A stretch of 17,917 bases of DNA. Origin: Octopus sinensis (lineage: Eukaryota). Position 1 is the stretch's first letter. Every line of letters starts with the position of its first letter. Shown here piece after piece: positions 8,946 to 17,917 of the stretch. The DNA lies in contig NW_021824727.1 of assembly GCF_006345805.1 (NCBI RefSeq), forward strand, positions 1 through 17,917, written 5' to 3'. Position numbers and translations under genes: made by a program. Below the pieces are notes generated by a model. That model worked only from the letters and a program-made list of their open reading frames with translations. It did no database searches and was not told the origin of the DNA.

Positions 8946-11900
8946 TTTCAGTAGTTTTATCTTTATAGCGTGCTTTCACTTCCCTACCGAGCGCAGCTCT
9001 GTGTGCCTTGGGTATATGCTGTGATTTGTTGTGATGCTCTGATGGTTATTGCATGGAAAATGTTCTGCGTAGGATGTGTGCAGTGCCTAGTAGTGCAATT
9101 TTCTGTATGTTATATGTGTTTGTAAGTCCTGGTGTTTTTGTTATGTATTTGTCTGAATATTTTTTTATCATGCTTAATGCACCTACTATGATATGAATTG
9201 TTTCTGTTTTTAGATTCCACATTCTGGTTACCTCTATTTCCAGGTCTTTGTATTTTGAAAGTTTCTTCCATTTCTTTTAGAGACACGTTGTCATCTGCCG
9301 GTATTGATACATCAATTAGAAAGCCTTTTTCTCTTCATGATCCCTTACAACTATATCTGGTCTGTTGGCCTTAATTTTCTCTATCTGTGTGTATCGGCAT
9401 ATCCCAGAGTATGGTTGCTTTCCTCGTTTTCTGTGACCTTTTTTGGTGTGTGCCTATACCATATTTTTTCTGTTGTTATTCCATAATGTTGGCATAGCTT
9501 CCAGTGTATGTAGGTTCTAACTCTGTCATGTCTGTGAATATATTCCTTCTTAGCCAGGACTTGGCAGCCAGAGATAATAGATTTATTGTTTCTTGTCCAT
9601 CTCCACATATTCTGCAGTTACGAGTTATATTTCTTTTCATTACATGTTTTTGGTAATTTTTGGTGGGGAGGCTTTAGTCTTGTGCTGCAATTAAAAATCC
9701 CTCTGTCTCTGCTTTGAGTCCTGAGCTTCTCAACCATTGCTTGGATTTTTCTTTGTCTATTTCTTTTCTTTTGCGTTTAGTTAGTCCAGTATTTACCGTG
9801 AAGGGCTTTTTCTTGCCATCGTTTATCATGGTTCGTTGCTGTTCTATTTTTAGTTCGGATTTCATTTGTCTTATCTCTTTTGTTGTTTCTTTCTTCATCT
9901 GCTTCTTCTTCTTCTTCATATTTATTAGGTGGTATGATTTCTTGTTTGTATTTGTCAGCTTCCTTAAATACTGAGAACAGTTTTTTGTTTTGTTCGTGTT
10001 TTGCCGCTATTTGTATCAGTTTTCCTTCCTTCTGAAGTAGATTATTTTTGCAGTCCTATGGTGGTTATTTTATAGTAGTTTTCCAGCTGTATAAGGCCTC
10101 TACCACCTTCTATACGTTGTATATATAGTCTTTCTATGTCAGATTTTGGGTAATGCATCCTAGATCCTGTCATTATTTTTCTTGTTTTCCTATCTATTTT
10201 GGCCAGTTCATTTAGTGTCCAGTTGAGGATATTGTAGCTGTAACTTATAACTGGGACAGCTAAAGTGTTGATACCTATTATCTTGTTTTTAGCATTGAGC
10301 TCTGTGTTTAGTATTGATCTAACTCGTCTATAATATTCTTTTTTTATTTTCTCTTTCATTTGTGTGTGTTGTGTCTTATCTAGTTCATGGATTCCTAAGT
10401 ATTTGTAAGTTTTGCTTTGGTCTAATTCTTTATTTCATTGGTTTTATCTAGTGTGATGTTGCTACTCTTAACTAGTTTTCCTCTTTTCATGGTTACTTTG
10501 GCGGATTTTTCTATTCCAAATTTCATATCTATTTCTTTGGTAAATCCATGAACTGTCTTTAATAGTGTTTCCAGCTGTTTGTCATTTGCAGCGTATAGTT
10601 TTAGGTCATCCATATATAAAAGGTGGCTGATCGTTTTGCCGTAACATCTTTATCCACATCCAGTTCTATTTAGCATATCAGATAGAGGTGACAGTGCCAA
10701 GCAGAAAAGGAGTGGAGAGAGCGTGTCTCCCTGGAATATTCCTCTTCTAATGGGGATGTCTTTGGTTTTCATGAGTCCCTCTTTTGTTTGGAGGTGTAGG
10801 ACTGTTTGCCATTTATTCATAGAGTGCTCTATGAATTTTATGATGTTTGGTGCTACTTTGTTAATGGCTAATGTTTCGAGGATCCATGTGTGTGGGGGAT
10901 GCTATCAAACGCCTTTTTGTAGTCAATCCAGGCCATACTGAGGCCTTTCTCTTCTTTCTGTGGCTGTCTTCAGTTATGGCTTTATTAATCATTAGTTGAT
11001 CTTTACAGCCATATGAGCCTTTGCGGCATCCTTTCTTCTCTTCTGGGAACAGTTTGTTTTCGTCCAGGTGCTTGTTCAGCCTTTGTGATATCACTGCAGT
11101 AATGCCTTGAACATAGTAGGGAGGCAGGTTATGGTCTGTAGTTTTCGGTTTTTCTGTTTCATTTGATTTGGGAATTAAGATGGTTTTCCCCTTCGTGAGC
11201 CATTCAGGCATGTCTCTGGCTTTGCTAGTGCGTTGTTAAAGTTTTCAGCCAGTTTTTGTGCATTCCTGTTAGATATTTCAACCAGAAGTTGGGGATCTTG
11301 TCATGCCAGGTGCCTTCCAGTTGCTTAGTCTTTGCAGTGCCTGGGTGACCTCTTCAGTTGTTATGGGGGTCCAAAGTTGTTCAGATGCCGAGTTTGTTAT
11401 TTTGATACTCCTTTTTTTTGGTGGTTCGTTCGCCGACCATATTTCTCTCCAGAATTCTTCCAATTCTTCTGCCGTTGGTGCTGCAGTGACTTCTATTTTA
11501 TTTTTGCCCAGTTCTTGGTAGAACTTTTGGGGGTTGAAGTTGAACTTTTTGTTTTCTTCAAAGAAGCGTTTGCGTTTCTTGTACCGGCGGATCCTTTTGT
11601 GCTTTGGCAAGGATATCTGCTTCATCAGCTTTTCTTTTATTTCAGGCAAATCTTTCTCTGTGATGTTATATTTGCGGAGTATTTTTGTTCTCTTTTGTTG
11701 CTCAGTAGCGTTGATTGTTTGCTGATTTCATTAAGAATCGGCAGGTCTTTTCTAATTTTTTTTATTTTGCTTTGGATGTTATTTATCCACAGGGTTTGTT
11801 TTGGTGGTGGTACTCCTGTTTGGGCGGGGTTTGGGTGGTATCCAGCTTCTTTTGTGGCTGCAGTGGCTGCGGCGTATATTAAGTTATTTAGCTCAGTGAC

Positions 11901-12421
11901 ATCACTTTTTTTTTATTCATGGCTATCAGTTCAGTGACGGCTAGGTTTATGCTGTTTATAATAGGTGTTGTTATTTCGTTTATTTTGATTCTTGGGAGGT
12001 ATGGTCGGTGGTCCATTTTGAGCTCTGTGGTTTTCAGTTCTTTGATTATTTTATTTTTTATACTATCATAATCATTAGGCTCCCCTTCGTTGTTTACATC
12101 GTGTTTGTTGGGATGTTGCGTTTGTCTTCGTGTTTTACAGTTTCAGTTTTATATTATTGGGCATTGTTGTGTGGCTTCTATCTACATTTTCCTGGTGTAT
12201 GTTTCTTTTAGGTGTTCTATTTCTATTTCTGATATTTTTTTGTGTTGAGAATGTATCTTCGTACGTTAGCTAATTTATTAGGGTTCATTGCTGTATCCAA
12301 GTCTATATCTCTATTATTTTCCTTCCATATTTTATATGTATGTTTTGTTGTGTTTTCTTTTTTGGGGTAGAGCCCTGCTGTGAAGTATGCGTGTAAGATA
12401 GAAATGTATTCCTCACGTGTC
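8946..12421 (-). mobile_element. R4/Dong-clade non-LTR retrotransposon, near-complete single ORF (RT + CCHC knuckle + RLE), frameshifted, 5'-truncated
   Basis: Motifs in order on the minus strand: TREEYISILHAYF (from 12420), DVTELNNLIYAAA, NWKAPG, NYRPITCLPT, AWIDYKKAFDS, GIFQGD (QGD 10733-10725), HLLYMDD (YMDD 10616-10605), YKYLG, GGRGL, LKAETEGFLIAAQD, CRIC...(H)IISGC (9616-9564), RPDIVV (~9360), FLIDVSIP, KYKDL, stop TAA 9048-9046, 100-bp 3' UTR, (AAT)n tail. No APE domain. Confidence 0.96.
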
Positions 12422-13327
12422 TGGCAAATGAAAGAATTGATGTGTATGGATACGAATACACGAAAACTGTTGACAACGCACGGAGCATTGCATCCAAGAG
12501 TGACGCTGATAGGTTATACTTGCATACTTGTCCAGAAGAAAGGATTGGAGAAGTTTGATTAGTTATCGTGATTGTGTCGAAGCAACAGAAAACAGATTAG
12601 GTTGTATATAATAAAATGCCATGAAACCATTGCTAGAACATTGAAGAAGTCCGTATCATCAAAATTGATAATTGTGCTTAGAAAGAAAAATTCAAAGAGG
12701 AAAAGGACACAAAAAACGAAATGGTATGGAAAGAAAATAATGTACTGCTATTTTGCATGACGAGGCAGATAGAGAAGGCTGTGGTTATGAATGCGGAGGT
12801 GTGACCTGAACACAGAAACAAGAACAAGTATTAAGGACAAACTATGTGAAGTGCAAAAATGATAACACAACTGAGAGCGACAAATGCAGACCGTGTGGTG
12901 TGAGAGGTGAAGCAGTATAGCACGTTGTTAGTGGATGCCCGACATTGGCACAACGTAGTTACAAAAGATGACATAACAACGTTGCAGGAATGATCCATTG
13001 GGAGCTCTGTGGAAAATTATGGCCAAGAAACATCAGAGAGGTAGTATGACCAAACCTTAGAAGGAGTTTCTGAGAATGATTGCAAACTCCTGTGGGATGC
13101 AATAATGCGGTGTAATCATCAGGTTAAATGTCGTAAATCTGACATTGGTTGGACACAGGTTGTGGAAAAATGGAGGAAGGGACGTAATAACAATAGTGAT
13201 TGGTTGCGCTTATAATATCAGCACTCAACTACCAACGTGGCTCAAAAAGATTGGTACAAATGTAGAGAGAGAACACTTACAAAACTCATCATTGCTTGTA
13301 ATAGCAAGAGCTCTTCAAGAGCTCTGA
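12422..13327 (+). mobile_element. Old R4/Dong-clade fragment (RT thumb to C-terminus), degenerate
   Basis: WQMKELMCMDTNTRKLLTTHGALHP-(K)SDADRLYL; DKCRPCGVRGEAV*HVVSGCPTLAQRSYKR*HNNVAGMIHWELC (CCHC knuckle); KLLWD; IVIGCAY...LQNSSLLVIARALQEL*. Many stops and frameshifts, internal deletion in the RLE. Confidence 0.88.
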
Positions 13328-13419
13328 AGCATTATCGGTAATTGTCATTTTAATCTGATAGCTGTGGGGTGGGACACTCAGTTAGATACACCAAGTACTT
13401 AAGTGGTACTTATTTAATC

Positions 13420-14122
13420 AAAAAGACGAAGAAATCTCACACAGAATTGACCCAACAGAACTACATGATCTAAAATATCAAATCATGATTGAATGGCTGA
13501 AAATTAAGGAAACCAGTGCGAATGAACTTCGCAATTCTAACAAAACCTGAAAGTAATTTGTGAAATCCGCCTTGCACTTAAGGATATAATTTCAACTAAT
13601 GATGTTGATATTACACATTTCAACCACCTGTACTTTCATCCGAGAAAATCTCAGCGATTCTATGTGGTGAAAAGATTAGAAAACGACAACATTCCCACAA
13701 AAGCTTACTTGGCAAGAGCGTATTCAATACCAGATTCAGCTAAATAGGTCTGACATAGAATGTTTAGAAACCCTTACGTTTGACAAAACTATCAAACCAA
13801 CAAAAAAATCCAAAATTAAAGAAAACATATAATATTAAAACTATACTTGACATCAATACCGCCATAGAAACTATCAATCAAAAGGGATGTGCTAAGGTAT
13901 GAAAAGCGTATTAGATACTTCAAGGACAACAACATACTCAAAACTAGCACCAAACAATGTGCAGAAGCTACCTTTATCAAGGGAAAATTAACAGAAACAT
14001 CCGATGTTAATCTTCACTAGCAGAATGTCATAAAGGAGTTAGAACCGCCGGAGAGCTCCAATACCTAAGGGTATTTGAAGGGGACGGAATCAAACATTCA
14101 GTGATGAGGAAAGAATCAGAAG
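13420..14122 (+). mobile_element. Old R4/Dong-clade fragment (N-terminal region fused to late RT), large internal deletion
   Basis: EWLKIKET; LALKDIISTNDVDITHFNHLY (compare DVTELNNLIY in the 3.5-kb copy); WQERIQYQIQLNRSDI; LRYEKRIRYFKDNN; then directly KELEPPES-YL-VFEGDGIKHSVM-ERIR (region after YMDD). Most of the RT core is missing. Confidence 0.75.
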
Positions 14123-15221
14123 TTGTAGCATCTGTCAGGCGGCTCCGTCCTGGGCAAGTTGTTTTCTCAGCAAGTCGCTTTCTTGAAGGAATGCGATTAA
14201 ATTCTTTCTGACTAATCATTCTGACTTTGCTGGCGTGTGAGTTTAAAGTGATAGGCCTATAATTTTGGTATTTGCTATGCGTCCTCCTCTATGGACTAGG
14301 CATAATATTCCCTCCTTCAGTTTGCTTGGCATCGTGTCATTTGCAAGGAAAGTCTGGATGAGAATCTCTAGTGGTTTTGCCAGGGCAAGTTTGCACGGTT
14401 TGAGGAGGGTTGCTTAAAAACCATCGGATCCAGCAGCTGAGTTTGCGTCCACCTCACATATGGCTAGTATTACATCTTCCCTAATATCGATGTATCCATG
14501 GTAACTACCTCGCCGTTTATAGGTGAGGCGGCCAAAATATCTGTTGGCTCGTTCACTTGTCTACGTTCAAACGGGGTAAAGACACTTTTGAACTGGTCAT
14601 TCAATATTTCACTGGTCCTTATTGGATTGCCTGTGAGGAAGCCGTCCTTCTGGAAGAGGGTTCCTATTTTGCAAAGCACTGAGGCTGTTCCTTTGGTATA
14701 ATGAAAGAAAGCCTTTGGTTTTGACTTGATGCTTTTTATAACACAGGCTTCTTTGTCTGAACTCTCTTCTTCACATAAAATTGTTGTAGGCTTTTTTCAA
14801 TATCCATCAGTGTTGTTTTTAGGCGGGAGCTTTCACTACTTTTGGGATGTTGGTTGAAGTGATTTGCAATCTTCGTCCCTCGTCTCATGACGATCTACTT
14901 CTCCCTTACAATCTCGTTTTCTTTTTTGTTGGCCTTGAGCTCTGGGACATATTCGTAGTATATAGCTTGCATAACAGACACGATATACTCTAGTTTCATG
15001 CTGATATCAGGTGTGGAGAGACATTTCGGCCAGTCCTGTCTGAGGATCTAAGTTTGGATCGATATCTAGTCTGCTTTGTGAAAATTCAGACAGAAGAGAA
15101 TTTGGGTGCTTCCTTTAGGCTGTATATCTGTATATACATTTGACCCATACATACACAGCTCTATTATGTTGTGATCCGAAACTAATGTCAGCGTCACGTT
15201 CACATGATGAACGATGTCAAT
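14123..15221 (-). mobile_element. CR1/L2-type LINE ORF2 fragment (APE C-terminus to early RT), degenerate
   Basis: Minus strand: [21 protein letters not shown] (APE SDH motif, 15179-15171), NFHKAD, KPKAFFHY, SEILNDQFKSVFT, SAAGSDGF, LLKPCKLALAKPL, K(N)YRPITLNSHASKV, PGRSRLT (compare PGRSCLT). Subclade not resolvable by eye. Confidence 0.85.
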
Positions 15222-15236
15222 ATTATATATATATAT

Positions 15237-15306
<70 letters not shown>

Positions 15307-15331
15307 CATATACATATACATATATATATAT

Positions 15332-15396
<65 letters not shown>

Positions 15397-15420
15397 TATA
15401 TATATGTGTGTGTGTGTGTC
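15222..15420. repeat. (TA)n microsatellite ending in (TG)n
   Basis: Direct reading. Confidence 0.95.
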
Positions 15421-15592
15421 TAATGTAGGATAAAGGTTTTTTCGAAAAACATGTTATCAATGGCCAGTATATTAAAAAATACCTTTAAAGGTTAAATTAT
15501 AAACAACTTATAAATAAGGGCAAACGAAAACATCTCTAATGCCAAATATTCCGAAAATTGGACATAATGTCCATTTACCATATAATCTTTTT

Positions 15593-15832
15593 AGGTCGAC
15601 AGAAATCTCTAAAAAATTCCATTATTACCATATCGGACCGATTTCAGGGTTAGTTCAAAAAGAACCCTCCCTTCGTCAGTGATACATATGGCAAAGAAGT
15701 AAATGCGATACTTACTCATGGAAGAAGCAAACACTAAGTCATGAGCACAACTAAGTACCCCAAAAAATCCAAAATAGAAATAATCGGTCCGATATGGTAA
15801 TAATGGAATTTTTTAGAGATTTCTGTCGACCT
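15593..15832. mobile_element. MITE-like unit with perfect 51-bp inverted repeats
   Basis: 15593-15643 AGGTCGACAGAAATCTCT...CGGACCGATT is the exact reverse complement of 15782-15832; 138-bp non-coding spacer. TSD unclear (T runs on both sides). Confidence 0.85.
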
Positions 15833-15852
15833 TTTTCGAGTAGCGTGCGTAC

Positions 15853-16468
15853 AGTGATTGCATCATCCACACTCTCAACAGTGCGCCTTTAAATATGGTT
15901 TCTGATTATAAATATCTTGGGTCATACATATCATCATCTGGAAAAGACTTTCTAACTAGAAAGGTATGGCCTGGTCAGCCTGTAATGACATGCATAAGAT
16001 CTGGTCATCAAATCTCAGTAGAGACTTCAAACTTGAAATATTCAAAGCCACAGTCCAACCAATTCTACTATATGGCTCAGAAACCTGGACGTTATCAAAG
16101 AAGCTTGAGAGGCGGTTGGATGGAACCTACACTCGCCTCCTTATGAGAGCTCAAAATCTCTCGTGGAAGCGCCATCCAACCAAAATGCAAATATGGGAAA
16201 TTACCACCTGTGTCATCTCTTGTGAAAGGTAGGAGAGTCCAGTTTACTGGACATTGTTGTAGAGCCGAAAAAGAAGTAATTTCTACTCTTCTCCTCTGGA
16301 AGCCATCTACTCGCAATGCCAGAGGGCGCACACTCTCCTACCCTGATGTAATCTCCAGGGATACAGGCATCTAGCAACAGGACCTCCGTAATGCTATGAT
16401 GGACCGTGAAGTCTGGTGTAACATAGTAAATCCATTGTCTCGACCACGGTCGATCAATGATGATGATG
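15853..16468 (+). mobile_element. 5'-truncated RTE-clade LINE (RT C-terminus) with (GAT)n tail and 11-bp TSD
   Basis: DYKYLGSYISSSGKDFLTR-(G)MAWSACNDMHKIWSS...PILLYGSETWTL...RRVQFTGHCCRA...DREVW; short (GAT)n tail at ~16459-16468; TSD AGCGTGCGTAC (15842-15852) / AGTGTGCGTAC (16469-16479). Confidence 0.92.
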
Positions 16469-16568
16469 AGTGTGCGTACTGGGAAAAAATTATATGGTAA
16501 ATGGACATTATGTCCAATTTTCGGCATATTTGGCATTAGAAATTTTTCGTTTGCCCTTATTTATAAGT

Positions 16569-16571
<3 letters not shown>

Positions 16572-16620
<49 letters not shown>
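16572..16620. repeat. (TA)n microsatellite
   Basis: Direct reading. Confidence 0.95.
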
Positions 16621-16621
<1 letters not shown>

Positions 16622-17917
16622 TAGCAGATTTACCCGGCGTTGCCCGTGTTACATGCATTTGAAGAATTAGATTTTTCTATTATATTTTCTGTAATGACCT
16701 GGAATACCTATGTTTCGAATTTCATCAAAATTGCAGATGAGGGTTATTTCCCTCTTTACATACCCTAAAATATTGTAATCATGCCACAAGTATCCCATAC
16801 TACTAATTTTTATGCGCATATTCCAAAATTCCAGTCTTATTGAACCTGTTAAAAGATTTTGCTCCTGAAAAATGGAGGTCATGGAGCTCTAAAATGTGAG
16901 AGTTAAGGCCCCTATTGGTGGTGGGCATCTTAATATCACTCAGAGAAGTTGAATTGTTGAGAATCTTTTTAACTTGGGTCTTTTATCTATTGTTTGAATT
17001 TCTTTGAAATAGGAAATATATGTTCACTGGGTTTGTAAAGGAGAGCAAAGCTACAGGAAACGAAAAGACGAATGATCACAATAAGCAGTCAGCTACTCTA
17101 GCCTAGTCATTGCTACTCCCAATGTAGTATTCCTCACCATTCAAGTGACAGGCACAGCCATAAGATGCATTACGAATCTATAGTAATTGGGAGGGCGTGA
17201 CCCAACTGAAATAAACATTAACAAATGTGACGTGAGGGCTAAGGAGAAATGAAAGCTGGAGTTTGCAAATTACCACTATACTGATACGTAACTGGACAGA
17301 ATAAATTTACAATTTATAAATGTCTTTGAATAACCAGTCACTCAACTGGGAAGGCCTTGAAATCAATGTTATCATCTGGGGACTATGTGTGACCCAGTGA
17401 AAATAAAAAGAGTGAAAGGAGGTCTGCAATCAAATAACTTTACTGAACACTTTGCAACTGAATCAGTGGAAGCAAAGATGCCTCTCATTTACTTGACAAT
17501 TTATGCACCACATTGCAGAAATCACAATGTAATTGTATCTCAAAGCAAACTGTTACACTGGTGTACCATTGAATTACAAATAATGCTCATCTTTTATGCT
17601 CGGGTGACCGTACAGCTTCTAAGAGTACAACTGTATTCGTCTTTGCTAAGATAAAATGACAAAATTGTGGGTGTTAAGTCCCTATAAAGAGATTTTTCTA
17701 ACTTGTAAGAAGATGAAATTTTATAAATATTACTTCATTTGTATTTAATATCTATGGTTAAAATTTCATCAACAGCAAAATATATGAATTGTCATGGGGG
17801 TTATGGCCCTTATGCATAGAATATAATTTCCAAATTTCGCAAAGATTCATTCAGTACTTTTGACCTAGTTTTGGACCATAAAAGAAATTACTAAAATTTG
17901 GGGGTTAAGGCCCCCAT
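16621..17917 (-). mobile_element. Helitron-like non-autonomous element, 3' terminus at 16621, open at window edge
   Basis: Minus strand ends CACGGGCAACGCCGGGTAAATCTG-CTAG|T: small GC hairpin ~11 nt before CTAG, followed by target T. Internal subrepeats of GG(G/A)GTTAAGGCCCC type at ~16902, 17672, 17797, 17901 and AATTTCATCAA-like motifs at ~16718, 17760, 17831. Whether 16930-17650 belongs to the element is uncertain. Confidence 0.6.

Larger units (their letters stand above)
15421..16571. mobile_element. Nested inverted-repeat structure between (TA)n tracts (outer ~90-bp arms 15503-15592 and 16484-16571)
   Basis: Outer arms are reverse complements with about 4 differences. 82-bp unpaired extension on the left; the right arm abuts (TG)(TA)n directly. 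Confidence 0.85.

Noticed and set aside
11332-11937. 201-aa plus-strand ORF, the longest in the track
   Set aside because: Antisense shadow of the Dong/R4 ORF; F/L-rich with no motif.
13391-13419. CCAAGTACTTAAGTGGTACTTATTTAATC resembles, from memory, part of an abundant octopus SINE
   Set aside because: Only ~29 bp and based on unverified recollection; needs a Dfam or genome search.
15436-15476. Minus-strand TTGATAA...CGAAA as a decayed hammerhead in the unpaired extension
   Set aside because: Two core mismatches and no stem II pairing.
17385-17654. 89-aa plus-strand ORF as a captured exon or gene
   Set aside because: Non-ATG start per the sequence context, no recognisable domain and no splice evidence.
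16889-17914. Spaced direct repeats as a CRISPR-like array
   Set aside because: Only four degenerate copies with irregular spacing (about 770, 125 and 105 bp) in a eukaryotic TE context, with no cas genes.

Overview
AT-rich, microsatellite-dense animal genomic DNA with no recognisable host gene. An octopus/cephalopod origin is plausible from the (TA)n/(TATC)n/(AAT)n load and the repeat types, but that is an inference. Left half (1-8347): about 2.3 copies of a ~2.7-kb composite tandem unit (landmark GTAGGCATGC at 22, 2721, 6798). Each complete unit carries an (ATT)n tract, a minus-strand tRNA-derived Pol III-type head, a plus-strand minimal hammerhead-ribozyme-like motif, a possible Helitron-like segment and a second, decayed hammerhead-like motif on the minus strand. 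Unit 2 has a 1.27-kb insertion with ~245-bp inverted arms inside a (TA)n tract. Unit 3 breaks off in an ~800-bp (ATT)n array followed by R4/Dong-type (RT + restriction-like endonuclease) retrotransposons: a 0.5-kb 3' fragment and a 3.5-kb near-complete copy. Right part (12422-17917): two old plus-strand Dong/R4 fragments, a CR1/L2-type LINE fragment, a nested inverted-repeat structure containing a 5'-truncated RTE LINE with a target-site duplication, and a Helitron-like 3' terminus. Most ORFs in the supplied track are microsatellite or antisense artefacts. All family assignments come from motifs read by eye; no database search was run.
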